A stretch of DNA of 64,000 nucleotides, taken from the NCBI RefSeq assembly GCF_009914755.1, contig NC_060941.1, one strand, 5' to 3'. The DNA comes from the human T2T-CHM13v2.0 reference genome, Homo sapiens. The notes under the pieces were generated by a model, which searched no databases, had not been told where the DNA came from, and saw only the letters and a program-made list of their open reading frames with translations. Made by a program: the position numbers and the translations under genes. Shown here in pieces: positions 1 through 16,237 of this stretch (position 1 is its first letter; the number at the start of each line of letters is the position of its first letter).

Positions 1-605
1 AGAGCAGTTCATTATTATTATTATTATCAGTTGTATTTCCTGATTTTTTTTTAAAGAAGCAATTTAGGCCTCATGTAAGCAATTTGGAAAAGAGAAAACA
101 GTATTAAGAAAATAATGAGCCGCCATAATCCTAGCATTCAAAGGTAATCACTGTTCATATTTTGGCATATTGTCCTCAAACCTTTTCTCTATGCATTTGT
201 TTTTTTTTACAACAGCTGATATTAGGAAGCATAAAACATGTTGTGTCCTGGTCCCCCCAACCAGCCCCGCATCATATTATAAGCATTTCCCCACGTCAAT
301 GTGAGTTCTGCAAATAGCATTTACAATTGCTGCACATATCCTTCTGTTTGTCTTCAGTATTCTCCCAGCTTTGAGTATTTAGGTTGAGCAAATCCATTTT
401 TCTTTTTCCTTTCCTTTCCTTTCCCTTCTGTTTCCTTTTTCCTTTCATTACAAAAATGTTGAACGCTAATTGTTTTTTTAAAATACAATTCAAAGAAGTG
501 AAATGCAAACTACAAATCACTCTACTTCCAACAGCTGCAGATCATCCTCATTCACATTTGGGGGCTTATACTTCCAGACATTTTTCTACCATTGTTTGCA
601 TACAG

Positions 606-913
606 TTTTTTGTTTGTTTGTTTGTTTGTTTTTTGAGATGGGGTCTCGCTCTGTCGCCCAGGCTGAAGTGCAGTGGTGAGATCTTGGCTCACTGCAACCT
701 CTGCCTCCCGGGTTCAAGTGATTTTCCTGCCTCAGCCTCCTGAGTAGCTGGGATTACAGGTACGTGCCACCACCCGGCTAATTTTTGTATTTTAGTAGAG
801 ATGGGGTTTCACCATGTTGGCCAGGCTGGTCTTGAACTCCTGACCTCAAGTGATCTACCCGCCTCGGCCTCCCAAAGTGCTGAGATTATAGGCATGAGCC
901 ACTGTACCAGGCC
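606..913 (-). mobile_element. AluS
   Basis: Full dimer, antisense, (TTTG)n-type tail. Confidence 0.93.
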
Positions 914-1424
914 TACATACAGTTTTTTTTTTTAAACAAACACAGGCACATACTATAAATATTATTTTGTAATCTGCTTTCTTCATAACAAAATACACTA
1001 ATAACACAGCTGACATCACTATGGAGCACTTGCTCTGCACTGGGTTGAGTGCCAGGTGCCCCCGTTCCTCATATTTTCTCCTTCTGTGTTCTCAGCAACC
1101 CTATAGACTGAGGTTCTCTTGTTAATCCCCTTTTACAGATGAGTAAACTGAGTCTCGGAGAAGTTGAGCAACATTCGTCCATGTTAGTAAATGTAGATCC
1201 ATGGTATAATATTTAAGGGCTTTAAGGGTTTATTGTAATGTCTTTAACTATCCTCTATCGTTGGGCATGCTGGTAGCTTGCTTTATTCTATCCAAGAAGA
1301 TTAGACCTTCGTCCTCTTTCCAAGTTTCCATTTGGATACTGGGCTATGGGCAGTATAAAAGGATGATGGGAAGGAACCCCAGTTCCACTTGTCTGAATAA
1401 CGAAAGTAGCTTAAGGAATGGCTC

Positions 1425-1725
1425 AGACTGGGCACGGTAGCTCACGCCTGTAACCCCAACACTTTGGGAGGCTGAGGTGGGCAGATCACAAGGTCAGGAG
1501 TTCAAGTCCGGCCTGGCCAACGTGGTGAAACCCCGTCTGTACTAAAAAATACAAAAATTATCTGGGCATGGTGGTGTGTGCCTGTAATGCCAGTTGCTCA
1601 GGAGGCTGAGGCAGGAGAATTGCTTGAACCTGGAGGTGGAGGTTGCAGTGAGCCAAGATCACGCCATTGCACTCCAGTCTGGGCAGTAGAGTGAGGATCT
1701 GTCTCAAAAAAAAAAAAAAAAAAAA
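1425..1725 (+). mobile_element. AluS with TSD AAGGAATGGCT
   Basis: Dimer plus poly(A). TSD at 1413-1423 and 1724-1734. Confidence 0.94.
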
Positions 1726-4339
1726 GGAATGGCTGTCTTCCTCCTTCGTTCCATGGGCAGGGTGAGTCCCTGTTCATGGTCTTGGAATTCTAAACCCCTC
1801 CAATCCCCATGTAGGGCAGGCTGTGGTACCAGGTCTCATGAGGGTTCACCTCAGGCTTTCTTTGTTGCAAGCCTGGGGCTAGACAGGCAGATAACCCCTG
1901 CCAGATTTCCTACATCCAGGTTCCCCTAGAGGCTGCCTTCAGGCCCTCATGGATTGTAAATGTGAGCCCAATCAATGGTTTCATGGAATTCTTGCCATCT
2001 TGGCAGCCTCTCCCCCAGTGACCAGAACATCCTTCAGGAAGGTGGCCCTGGCCTGCCTCTGGTCCCAGGACTTCAATGTGTTAGTGGTGGGACCATTTGG
2101 TGGGAGGGTTGGTTCAGAACATTCATCCTTGCTTCCATTCTCTGGATATCTCATATCAACACTGAGTGAGTGTATCCAGCTTATCATGTAGTTTTGTTCA
2201 CAAATGTGGATTGCTGACCACATGCCAAGCCCTGAGACAGCGCTCAGGATATTATCATAAAATGCTTCCTCACACATCATCTTACTTAATCCTCAACACA
2301 AGCCTCTGAGAAGAGTGTTATTACTGAGCCCCTTTTACAGATGGGCAAATTAAGCTTCAGAGGAGTTAAATGGTTGCGTTCGATGCTGTAGCTCCTGAGC
2401 ACTGTAGCCGTTGTGCCTACCCGGGGTGTTTGAAGCCCTGTGTTTTTTCTTCCGGAGTGCTCTTGGGAGTTGCTGATGTATGAATATTTATGTTACAACA
2501 GCGGAATCTGCAGAGCCTCGGGCCGGCTTACCAGGCTGAGAAAGCCACACCTTGACCCTTTCAGTCTGGTATTTTTATAATCAATAACATGTCTGCTGGC
2601 AGTGTCTGCTTCCACTCTCTGCCACCCAGTCTGCGTTTTCAGAGCATTTCTGGCTGTCTGTCCTCCGGGTGTGTCTGTAATTCTGATGGCCTTACTCTTG
2701 GTTCTCCATCTTAACCCCATATTCCTTTTCTAGATGTTTATATTACAAGGCTTTGTGAAGACTTTCATGATAAATTCTGCTCATAGCCTCTTTCCCTGCA
2801 TGGAATATAAATGACTGTGGTGTGTGTTCTGGCAGGAAGTCTTCAAAAATTTCACTTAATGAGAAATTCTCAGGGATAGTTTAGTTTCTAAATTCAAGCA
2901 GGGAGGTAGTGTTATCCCCACACCACTCTCTCCCACACTCGTTTAAGTTATTTAGCAGTTGCTTTGGCATCAAAAACATAAACTATCTAAGGATTTTTGA
3001 GAAGTACATTGCGGCCCTTTTATACATGGATGGCAGGAGGGTAAAATGGTGCATATTTAAAATTTTTAATTTTTTTTTTTTTTTGGTGAGGGTAGACAGT
3101 TTGGCAGTCAAAAACCTTTAAAACTATGTGCATTCTGTGACCCAGAAATTCAAATTCAAAGAATTTCTAAGAAATAAAGATGTGCTCTCAAATGTTCAAC
3201 TATGAGGATTTTAATCACAGCATCATTTACGTCAGCAAACATCTTAAAACAACATAGGCATTCAACGCTAGAGGATTTAAAAACTAAATTATATCACTTT
3301 TTTTCATAGAATGTTATGTAGCTGTTAAAAGGATGCTTTACTTCATTTATTATTTATTTCTTGAAATGGAAATATATTCACAATATTGGTCTTCTAATGA
3401 AACATAAAAGGCTTTGAAACAAGATTATTCCCTTTGAAGTCACAATAAAAAAGAAAAGAAAGACAATGAATGTGTCTTTCATTCACAGAGAGAAGAATCT
3501 GGAAGTAGATGGTAATTTCTGAGTAATGAGATGATAATTTCACCTTCTCCCCTTTTTGCATAGCTGTGATTTCTATTTCATCTACAGTGAAGTGTATTCC
3601 TTCTCTAACAAAGAAAAACAGATTTATTTAAAGAGAGTCAGTATAAGGATTTTTCTTTCCTTTTCCTTAATCCCTTCTCGGCCAAGTTCGTTGCTGATGC
3701 TGGTTGCCTATGCAAGGGAAAAGGAATCAAGGTCAAGCTGGACTTTTCCAGTTGGAAAAAAATTCACCCGTATATCTTCTTTCCTCATGACTTTGGGAAT
3801 CTGGCTGTGATTGAACTTGGATGTACCCCTTGTGTTTTTTATGTCTTTAGGGCAAGGGAAGACAGTCTGAGTTTGTCCAGCTCTCCTAGACTGACAAAAT
3901 TCAGTACTTTTTAGTTTTAGTTTGTTTTTCTGCTTTTGACTATGGCCATTGGCCATGGCAAAGAATGGAGGATAGGGGAACATTACTCCAGAGGCTGATT
4001 TTATTGTCTCTTCCTTAATCAGGTCCCGGAGAGGTCCCTGGGGTCATAAATAGTACTTTGTCCACCAATGGATCTTACACTGATGACTTGGAGGATTCTA
4101 GAAGCTTATTATTTGGTTAGCAACTCATCTGCTGAATTTGTAAAAATGATTTAGAGTCAGTTATGGTGCCATTAAAGATGTTTACTTCTTTAAACAATAT
4201 GTTAATAACTTACATGCTTCCTCTTGGGCCGTAACTCAGAGAGAGATATTAATAGAGATTCCAAACTCATAGGAAACTGAAATCAAGGGATAAATGCCAA
4301 TTATTGTATCATTATTATTACTTATTGGATAATTGCATG

Positions 4340-4805
4340 ATTCTCAAACTGTGTGCTTGTATACCCCAGGGCACCACTGTGAACTCACAGGGGTGCTATG
4401 AGATATTTTAATTTTTCAAGGGAAGTACAGTGATATGTAGCATTTTCCAGACACCATGCAAACTACTAGCTTAAGGTATTCATGGTGTTAACATTAGATC
4501 TCACCCCCTCCCTTTTGATGATGTTGTCTCTTTGCAAAGCTGGGTTTTCCACAGGTCCTGTGATTACAAAGCAAGTATAGCACAAAAATCAGTGTGGAAC
4601 AGGAAATAAAGGTGGTGGCATCCGATCTGATCCTAAAGCTTGAGAAGTTGTGCAATGGACAGCAGGCACTAAGCTGTTAAGGCATAAATATTTATTAAGT
4701 TGTTTGGACTTACTTACTTAATAAGTGGGGCTTTAGATATATCTTTTGGCCTAGAAGTGCTGTGGAAAAATTACTGAGTCAATAAGTTTGGGAACTGCTG
4801 GTCTA
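4340..4805. mobile_element. hAT-Charlie-type DNA transposon fossil
   Basis: ttctcaaact...aagtttgggaactgctg termini resemble MER5/Charlie TIRs. Family assigned by eye. Confidence 0.55.
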
Positions 4806-5900
4806 GTGATGACCACACTAGCTCTTCTTCAAAAAGTCGGCTGTGTGATTGTTGCTGCACTCCCTACTGGTATACCAGTCCTACCTCATTCTTTTGGGAT
4901 AACCTTAAATCTACCTGGCCCTAGAAAACATTTGAGCTTGTTGCCCCTTGTGAGAAGAGAGAAAACCTTAAAGCCAAATGATTAACTGGGTGATATTAGC
5001 CCAGATCATTTACTGAACCCTTCCTCATCCTCCGTCTCACAAGTGAGCCTCTGAAAATGAAGGACAGCAAGAGCATTAACTCCAGCCCTGTGCTGGGGGC
5101 TTGTATTCAGAGATGAAAGACACCTCTCAGTCCTCAAGGAGCTTATGGGATAGGGAGGAAGATGGATAAGTGGCCCACCAATGACATTGCAGTGTGATGG
5201 GCCATAGGGATCGGTCATGCAGGGGAAGGGTGACAAGCTCAAGACTCAGGGAGATGAGTGGTTAAGTGTGGCCAAGGGTCTCTAGGCTTGAGTTGGGCCT
5301 TGAAGGATGACTAGGAGTTCACCAGGTGAAAATGAGGGCAGAAGCGAGTGCCAATGGGAAGTGCAAGGATGAGAAGTCATGAAGGAGCACGACTTGGGAC
5401 AAGGATGGCTGAGATGCTAAATCCTGAGACCACAGGCCTTAAGTGGAAGACTGTAGGCAGGAGAGCCCTGTGCTCAGCTCTGGCCTGTTCTCCTGTCACT
5501 GTGGAGCAGTGTGGAGGGTGGATGGTGGCACCAGGCCAGAGGAGGAAAGGAAGACAGGGTTGGACAGGAGAGACGTTAAGGAGGTGGGGTCGATGGAACC
5601 TGGACAAGGGGAAGGGAGCTGCTGTGGACGACTCCTGGTTTCAGGTTTCTAATGGAGAGAACTGAGCCACACTTGGCATCGTAGGGATGCCAAAGACGAC
5701 AGACCAGAATGCCCTTGGCCTTGCATGCCAGCCAGTTATATAGCTGCCGTCTCTAGAACAGATTCTAAGTCCTTTTTAGGGTAGGGGCTGTGTCTCGCTC
5801 ATCTCTGTATCCTCTTTAATTCCTCCTTAACACAAGGCCTGGCCCACAATAGGTGCCTGATGAACAATAGAAGAGAAAGCCCTTTTTAAAATCAAAAGAA

Positions 5901-6510
5901 GCCCAGGTATAGTGGCTCATGCCTGTAATCCTAGCACTTTGAGAGGCCAAGGCAGGAGGATCATTTGAGCCCAGGAATTTGAGACCAGCCTGGGAAATGT
6001 AGCGAAATCCTGTCTCTACAAAAAATACAAAAATGAGGGCCCAGTGCAGTGGTTCATGCCTGTAATCCTAGCACTTTGGGAGGCTGAGGAGGGCGGATCA
6101 CAAGGTCAGGAGTTCGAGACCAAGCTGATCAACGTGGTGAAACCCTGTCTCTACTAAAAATACAAAAATTAGCCAGCCACGCCTGTAATTTCACCTACTC
6201 AGGAGGTGAGGCAGGAGAATCGCTTGAACCCAGGAGGCGGAGGTTGCAGTGAGCTGAGATAACGCCACTGCACTCCAGCCTGGGTGACAGAGGGAGACTC
6301 CATCTAAACAACAACAACAAAAAAACTTAGCCGAGCATGGGGGCATGTGCCTGTAGTCCCAGCTACTCAGGATGCTGAGGTGCGAGGATCACTTGAGCCT
6401 AGGAGGCAGGGGTTGCAGTGAGCGGAGATTGTCCCATCACACTCTAGCCTGGGCAACAGAGTGAGGAGAACTTGTCTCAAAAAAGTAAATAAATAAAATA
6501 AAAATAAAAT
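5901..6510 (+). mobile_element. AluJ with an AluS nested in its A-rich linker
   Basis: AluJ left arm about 5901-6034, complete AluS about 6038-6325, AluJ right arm about 6326-6510. Outer TSD aaaatcaaaagaag. Confidence 0.9.
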
Positions 6511-6652
6511 CAAAAGAAGTGGTACAGGTACACAACTAGAAGCTGTTACACAGCCCAGTTATCTGGAAAGCCCAAAACGTGCTATATTTCCAAGGTTCAG
6601 TGGCATGAAATAGTCAACGTTAGAAAGGAAAAAACTCCCAACTCCTCAGTAG

Positions 6653-7099
<447 letters not shown>

Positions 7100-7551
7100 T
7101 CAGAGCCTTTGAGCCTTTGACTTTGGACCTGCAGATACCTGGGCAATGCAGGCTTCTGCAATCCTCTGGTCCTTCTGTCACATTGTTGCGTCTTAGTGTG
7201 ATGCGTCTCTCTTTGGGATCTACGTAGTCTTAGAAGCATGCAACTATTCATGTGGGAGGATGCAAAAGTTTAGGATAAGAATATTGCGTACTCTTGAAAT
7301 GTCAACTTCACTTAAAGGTTTTTAATTTTTTTTCATATTTGTATTAAAGCCAATATGATTAGGTTATGGAGTGAATGTAAAATTTGTATGTACTCTTAAG
7401 ATAGAACATAAGATGCTGAAGAAATGCCATTTCTTTGCTGTGGGCCATTGTGGGCACTTCAGTGGGAAGGTTGGAGAATCATGGTGTGAAGTGACAACAA
7501 GGCCACATCTGTGCTTGGTCACTGGGGGTGACCATGTTTTTGTTTGCTCAG

Positions 7552-7639
7552 GTTACAGGATCCCTCCTTGAGGAAACGACTCGGAAGTGGGCTCAGTACA
7601 AACAGGCATGTCTGAGAGACTTACTCAAGGAACCTTCTG
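7552..7639 (+). CDS. GLP2R: GLP2R coding exon 2 (VTGSLLEETTRKWAQYKQACLRDLLKEPS-G; extracellular domain helix), 88 nt, phase 0-1
   Basis: tttgctcag|GTTACAGGA ... CCTTCTG|gtaagc. The translation matches the GLP-2 receptor N-terminus. Confidence 0.97.
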
Positions 7640-7647
7640 GTAAGCAT

Positions 7648-8070
7648 GTGTATTAGTTATCCGTGGCTGTGTAACAAATTGCCCCAAAGCTTAGCGGCTC
7701 AAAACAATAACTAGTCACTTATTACTTCTCATAGTTTCTGTGGGTGAGGAATTCAGACAGGGCACACTGGGGATGGCTTGTTTCCGCTCTGTAATGTCTA
7801 GAGTTTAGCTGGAAGACTCCCATGGCCTCTACACTTGGCCGGGGCTTCCATACAGCATGATGGTGGGGTCTCTAAGGGCCTGCCTGACCAGAGGCCAGAC
7901 TGCCTTTTATGACTTGGCCTTGGAAGTCATACAAGATCACTTTGGCCATGTTCAACTGGTCAGACAGCTACAAAGCTCTACTCAGGCTAACAGTACAGAA
8001 ACACAGACCCCATGCCCCACTGTAAGGAAACATATGAAACCACATGTATGTGGATGTGGCCGTCTTTGAT
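7648..8070. mobile_element. MaLR (MLT1-type) LTR immediately after the exon 2 donor
   Basis: tgtattagttatc...gctgtgtaacaaattgccccaaagcttagcggctcaaaacaa is a typical MLT1 end. Confidence 0.75.
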
Positions 8071-8746
8071 AAAAGCCATCTGCCATGGCACACTCATCAC
8101 CTGATCATATGACATGATTATCTGCTGTAGATTAGCCTGGGAATCTGTTAAAGGAATGGGGGTGGGGGGCGCGGGTCTCCCATCTCCCAGGGCATTAACT
8201 AAATCTGAATAGTAACATTTCTCTTATCCAAGCATACACTAAGTTCAGAACATTCTAGCGAATATGTAATTGTTGTCTGCAGGCTGACTCTTCGGGTGCA
8301 GCCACGTGCACCATGCCCACCTCCAAAAGAAAAAAAGAAGAAAGTACCTTGGCCCGTTGCCTCTGAGCCTACTGAGGACAATCCCCGGCTCCGGCTGCTT
8401 TCAGATCATTTTATTCAGAGGCCTTGAGATTGACAGGACACTGTGAACTCTCCCTGTCTTTCTTCACCCAAAGGCAGTCCCAGGCTTCAAGCCCTTCCCA
8501 GCTCCCTTTGAAGACCTCATGGGCCCAGGCAGGTGGTAGTCAAGCCTTGAGATCAGCTGCAGGAACCACCTCTCGCTTTGGAGAACACTGCTTTCTGAGG
8601 TCAAGGTAAGGCAGGCTTTCATCCAGAGCCATGCCATGCACAGCTCAGGTGAGCACTGCCTTACCCAGACCAGGTGCTGACACCTGGCAGCCAGGTCGAC
8701 ATGGTGTCCCAAGCCAGCTCATAACCTAGCACCATGGTGTTTCTAA

Positions 8747-9147
<401 letters not shown>

Positions 9148-9490
9148 TAAGGTGGAGTTTTAAGGTTGTTGCTTCCCATTGCCAAACACCAGGGTAAATC
9201 ATCCCCTGAGATGGTCCAAGTATCTAATAATGATCATTGAATTAGTGCTCAAATGGAGAGATATGGCAAATGGAGAGATATGACTATATAGTACTTGTGT
9301 TGGTTATGTGTGACCAAGGACCTTGATCTTGATCCTCCGTATTCCGCTGGTCGTTTTGTACATTCACAGAGTAAGTGTGCCCTGGGATCTAATTGGTGAA
9401 GGTTTGATGATTATTTAGCTGATTGTGGAACATAAGGCACTGGCTCAGCCTCCAAGAGTCCTCCTGTCCCCAAGTTTCTGTGAAAGTTTA

Positions 9491-9817
<327 letters not shown>

Positions 9818-10113
9818 TTAGTTCATGTCAAATAAAGCAAAATCAGCATGATGTGTACATTGACGTAATTGACCGGAGGTCAAGTTGGGCAGACGAATGC
9901 ACATTCTTTGGGACTGCATTCAGCATTCCTGTGGTCCCCAAATCATTCCCCATCCTTGACTCATCTAGAGAGTGGGGCACCCATGCTGGTTTCTGCACAG
10001 GTTACACCAGCTTCCAGTGCCAGGAAGGTGGGCTCCCACGGTGCCTCTGCCTCCATCAGTGGCATCCCTGTGCTAAAACACTGATGTTTATCAGACCCTT
10101 CTTCTCTCTGTAG

Positions 10114-10218
10114 GCATATTTTGTAACGGGACATTTGATCAGTACGTGTGTTGGCCTCATTCTTCTCCTGGAAATGTCTCTGTACCCTGCCCTTCATACT
10201 TACCTTGGTGGAGTGAAG
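10114..10218 (+). CDS. GLP2R: GLP2R coding exon 3 (IFCNGTFDQYVCWPHSSPGNVSVPCPSYLPWWSE), 105 nt, phase 1-1
   Basis: ctctctgtag|GCATATTT ... AGTGAAG|gtaata. Carries the class B hormone-binding motif C-x3-(F/W)D-x3-CWP...CP. Confidence 0.98.
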
Positions 10219-10349
10219 GTAATAAGTCTTATTTTTACCAATTTTCCCCAACCAAGTGCTTTTCTGAAGTCCTCTTCCCCCACAAACAGTCCCCGTCTAA
10301 GCTCTCAGTAATACATCTTCCTTCTGTAATTTTTCTATTCCTGGATGTT

Positions 10350-11100
<751 letters not shown>

Positions 11101-12230
11101 GCTCTCGTACTTTGAAGCTTCTAGAGTACAGATCCAGCAGCCACTAAATTTGGCTGCAGTGGGGGTAAGAATGGCCACTGTCATGGAGAGGAGAAACAGG
11201 TGGGGGAGAAAGATTGGGATGCTAACCTCCACACAATTTTTGGGTTGTTAGATGGGGAAGAAGGATTTTCAAAGAACCCTTTGCATTCACATTGAAAGGA
11301 GGTGCCAATAGGTTAGTGTTTTTAACTCCCATGGGACTTGGATGGAGAATTTAACCACTTAGCTTGCTCTGATGCTGTTTCAAGGAAGTAAACATTACTT
11401 AGATACCCAGGATAATATCCCATCCCTACCAGCCCCAGAAGCCCAACCTCTTGGTTATTTTATTCTGAAAGAGGAGAGAGGTGATTACTGGTTAGATTCC
11501 TGTTGCCTTTTACCACAGACCACCAGCAAATACAAGGACAACTAAAACTGTTCTCAGGAAAGATAAGTGGTTACAAGCTCCAGGCAAAACAAGGTGAGAA
11601 CCAGCTTCTGAGAGGGTAAGATGATAGCCTTTTGTATTTAATTTCAGCCCGATAAATCATCCCATCGTGCAACTTTAGTTTCAATGTTTTGCGCCTCTAG
11701 AGCAGAGAGAGAGAGAGTGTTTAGAAGGAAGATACATTTCTGGGTGGGAGAGTTAGTGACCTATTTTATGGAAGTGTTCTCTGATGAAATCCAGTTGGAA
11801 TCATCCCAAGAAGCATGAGAATGTGAGATTTTAGGGAGGGTGGAAGAGATAACTCGCTGGATCGGAGGACTCTGAATGACTCAGGCACAGTACCCCTGGG
11901 AGCAGCTCAGTGAGGGAAAAGAGCACTGGGTGTGGAGTCAGGAGCCCCGAGGTCAGACCCAGTCCCTCTGTTTTACACTTTGGAGACTTTGGGCAAATTC
12001 CCACAGCCCCCTGAGCTTCCACTTCCTCATCTATGAAGGGAAGGAGAGTTGCTAATTCTGAAGGTCACTCCGAGGAGTCAATGAGAAGGCACTCACAGGG
12101 TGCGTCGCACAGCTGCCGCTTGGTCCGCGGGAGCTGAAGCTGAATCCAGGGAGGAGCCCCTTGGATTCCTTCAAGTCTAGAGGCCCCAAACACCTGGACT
12201 TCTCAGTAGCATGTGGAGCCGATCCCTACT

Positions 12231-12280
12231 TCTCTGCTCACTGTCTACCTGTCCCTCTCTGCTCACTGTCTACCTGTCCC
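12231..12280 (+). repeat. Perfect 25-bp tandem duplication
   Basis: tctctgctcactgtctacctgtccc x2. Confidence 0.95.
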
Positions 12281-12626
12281 TTTCCAAGAGCTAAAAACAC
12301 AGATCCATTCCACTGTAAGAGAAAATGAAGTGTTCAAAAAGCCACATTTACAAAGAAGTTAAAGTAAAGCCTCTTTAAAAAAAAAATAGGTTTTGGGCTT
12401 CTGGAATGTGAAGGGAGTGTGATTTGCAAGAGGTGGGAAGTTACTCTTCCACCCGCCATTCTGTGCATTAAATCTTTAGAATCCAAATGGATCCCTGCAG
12501 TGAAGAGAATGTGGAGACCGTGGAAGGGCGCAGAGGAGAACATGTGCAAATGCACAGAGTGGAGGAGAGTCCCTGTGAGATGGGAGAGAGGAAGGAGCTT
12601 GGTAATATCAGAAGAGGGAGCGCCTG

Positions 12627-12718
12627 GCGCCTGTAGTCCCAGCTACTCCGGAGGCTGAGGCAGGAGAATGGCGTGAACCCGGGAGGCGGAGCCTGCAGTG
12701 AGCCCACATTGCACCACT
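12627..12718 (+). mobile_element. Internal AluY right-arm fragment, tailless
   Basis: agaatggcgtgaacccgggaggcggagc (AluY-type), flanked by gagcgcctg direct repeats. Confidence 0.88.
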
Positions 12719-13726
12719 GAGCGCCTGATGGCAAACAGAAGCTGTAACTGACGACTGAGGCTGGGGGCTGATGACGAAGGAAGCTGGGTGTTAGTCACTA
12801 GGGTTTCAAGCTTTCTTCTGTAGAGGAAGATTATGTGGAGTCCCAGAAGGTGTTAAGGCATAAAAATGGAGCACAAGTTGTAGTCTGGGAGAATGACATT
12901 GAGAGCATGCAGCTATTGGACACAGGAATGGAGGAACCAAGGAGGAGAGTGGGGAAACTACTGCAGTGTCCCAGAAAACAGCATGCTAAGGGTCTGGATT
13001 CTGGCAAGGGCAAGAGGGCAGAGAGAAGGAGAAAGATTAAAGTGTTGGAGGCAGAATGCTCAAGACTTGTCATCAATTGGAGTAGAAACTGAGGGACAGG
13101 GAGGAGTAGAAAATGGAGGAGAGGAAAACAAACTCCTCTTCCTTCTCCTCCTCCTCCTTCTCCGCCTCTCTTCCCCATCTAAGGAATGGTCTCAGGGTCC
13201 ACCTGGCCCCACCCAAGCCCACATCTCAACCAGTGGGTAGCCAGGTCTTCCATCTCCTCCTCCCCTCCATCCCTCACTGCTGTGGGCTCACCAGCACCCT
13301 CTGCTGCTTCTCCATGGCCTCCTCTCCAGTCCCTGCCTCAGATCTGGCCCCCTCCAGGCACCTTTGGAAAAGCTTTCTAAAATATCATTCACATTCTGTC
13401 TCCCCAGCATCACGACTCCTACAAATGGCATGCAAGACCTCCTGCTGCCTGGCCCTGCTGACCTCGTTAGCACTCTCCCCCACGTTCAGGGTTCCCTGCA
13501 CTCCAGCCCAATGAGCAACTCCCAGGCTCTGCACCTGGTCCAGCTCTTGCCACTCAGTACCTTGGCTCGCACACCTGCCCAGGAGGCCTCCTCACAGGCT
13601 CTGGCCATGCTCCTCTGCCTATAAAGCCCCTTGTAATTCTCAGCTCAATCCTTTCCTCCTTCTAGAAGATTTCTCAGACCTCTCCCCTCAACTACAGACC
13701 TCTCCCCTCTGCCTTTCTGAAGCCTC

Positions 13727-14017
13727 TTTTTTTTTTTTTTTGGAGACAGAGTCTTGCTCTGTTGCCCAGGCTGGAGTGTGCCGATCTTGGCTCACTGCAA
13801 CCTCTGCCTCCTGGGCTCAAACAATTCTCCTGCCTCAGCCTCCCAAGTAGCTGGGATTACAGGCACACATCACCATACCAAGCTAATTTGTGTATTTTTA
13901 ATAGAGACAGGGTTTCACTATGTTGGCCAGGCTGGTCTCGAACTTCTGACCTCGTGAACCTCCCGCCTTGGCCTCCCAAAATGCTGGGATTACAGGCGTG
14001 AGCCACCGCACCCGGCC
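13727..14017 (-). mobile_element. AluS
   Basis: Dimer. TSD tctga(a/g)gcctctt. Confidence 0.92.
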
Positions 14018-14628
14018 TCTGAGGCCTCTTCTATACCTGTGCAGTCTTCTGTCTTAGCATTTATAATCGTTTACGGCGATTTTTCTTTGCACTCCCCCAG
14101 CCAGAGCTGAGCCCTATTTGTATCTTTGCATTCCCAGCACAAAGCATTATGGCTAGTACAGACAATGCAAGTGTCAAGTGACATTCTTACCATTCACTCA
14201 TTCAACTAATATTTATGAAGCACCTGTTGTATGCCATGCATTATTTTTAAGTGCTTGGGATATATTAGTGACAAAAACCGAGTAAGATCTCTCTCCTCGT
14301 GGGGCTTACATTCTTGCAGGAGAGACAGACAATTATCAATAAGCATCATAAATAAGTGCAGACTATGTTTGAATGTGATCTATGTTAAACAAGATGGGGA
14401 AGGGAAGGGATGGGATGGTTGGAGTGGGGTGATGTGTTGCACCTGTAAACTGGGTAGTTAAGGAAGTCTTCGATGGCAAGGTGACATTTTGGTGAAGATG
14501 TAGAAAAGGTAAAGGTTTTAGAGGGAGGGTGTTCAGGAGGGAAGGAGACAGCAGGTCAATGGCGCTCTATGCGGGGACCATGCCTGGCCTGTTCCATGAA
14601 GAGAAGTAGGCAGATGTGGCTGTGGTGA

Positions 14629-15197
<569 letters not shown>

Positions 15198-16237
15198 TGA
15201 AAGTGGCAGTCAGATTCTGGGTACAGATGAAGGCAGGGATGACAGATTAGCTAGAGGACCTGAGGAAGGCTATGAGAGACAGAAGGGGAGGGTGACTCTG
15301 AAGTTTAGGGCCGGGGGATTGGAAGGACGGGTTTGCCATCCACTGAGGTGGTAAAATAGGTGGGTGGAGCAGATTTTGAAAAGAAGAAAAAGGGTGTGGT
15401 TTGGAGTGTGTTGTTTGAGATGTCAATTAGACACCCTACCTAGCAAAGCTGTCAGGGGAGTAGGGGGCTATACCCTTTGGTTGTCCATTCATTGAATTCA
15501 GCATATAGTTACTGTTGGCCCATGATATGCAGGGCCAGGACTAGGAAGGACCAACAGATTTCGACTTCTCGTTTGCAAGCTCAGCCTCTAATCCTCCAGG
15601 TGGAGGACCTTCTGGGAGAGTCTCCTGGGATAGATGTGACTGAGTCACAATGGCAGTCTGTATGCGCAGAGGGATTTTTCTCATCATTTTCACATACACT
15701 TTCATTTAATCCTTTCCCAAATCATGGAGAGTTGGTACCAATTATTATCCCCAGTTCCTGATGAAAACAGAGGAAGGCTTAGAGGTTAGGAGAGCTAGGC
15801 CCAGGACACACTCATGCATGGATGGCGCATCCGGCTTCAGCCCCAGTCTGTCAGCCACGTGCCCACCACTTTCTCTTCTGCATGGCATGAGCCTCAGGAA
15901 GAGATGCCCCACCTAGCAAGCATCAGGAGCCCAGATTGGCATCTCCCAGCTGGGCTGAACCTTGGAGGGCTTATAACATCACTGAGTCACCAGAGGCTGT
16001 TCTAACTCCAGAGACTTTGGGTAAACACAGCAGACATTAGCAGACCATGGTGTGTTACAAAATTGAGAAGCTTCCATGTTTTCCTTTCCATCCCAAATAA
16101 ACAGTGAGGATGTTAATGAGCCCCCAAAAGGGGAAATGAAAATCCCTTCTCCCTGGGATTTTCCACAGCTCTGTGGCATGCTCAGGGGAACGGGCTGTGT
16201 GTTCTGACCTTTCCTCCAGAGCTTTGTTTACTTTCAG

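Noticed and set aside
1-30. Exon 1 donor or promoter in the window
   Set aside because: The window starts in intron 1. No exon 1 coding sequence is visible, so it is not annotated.
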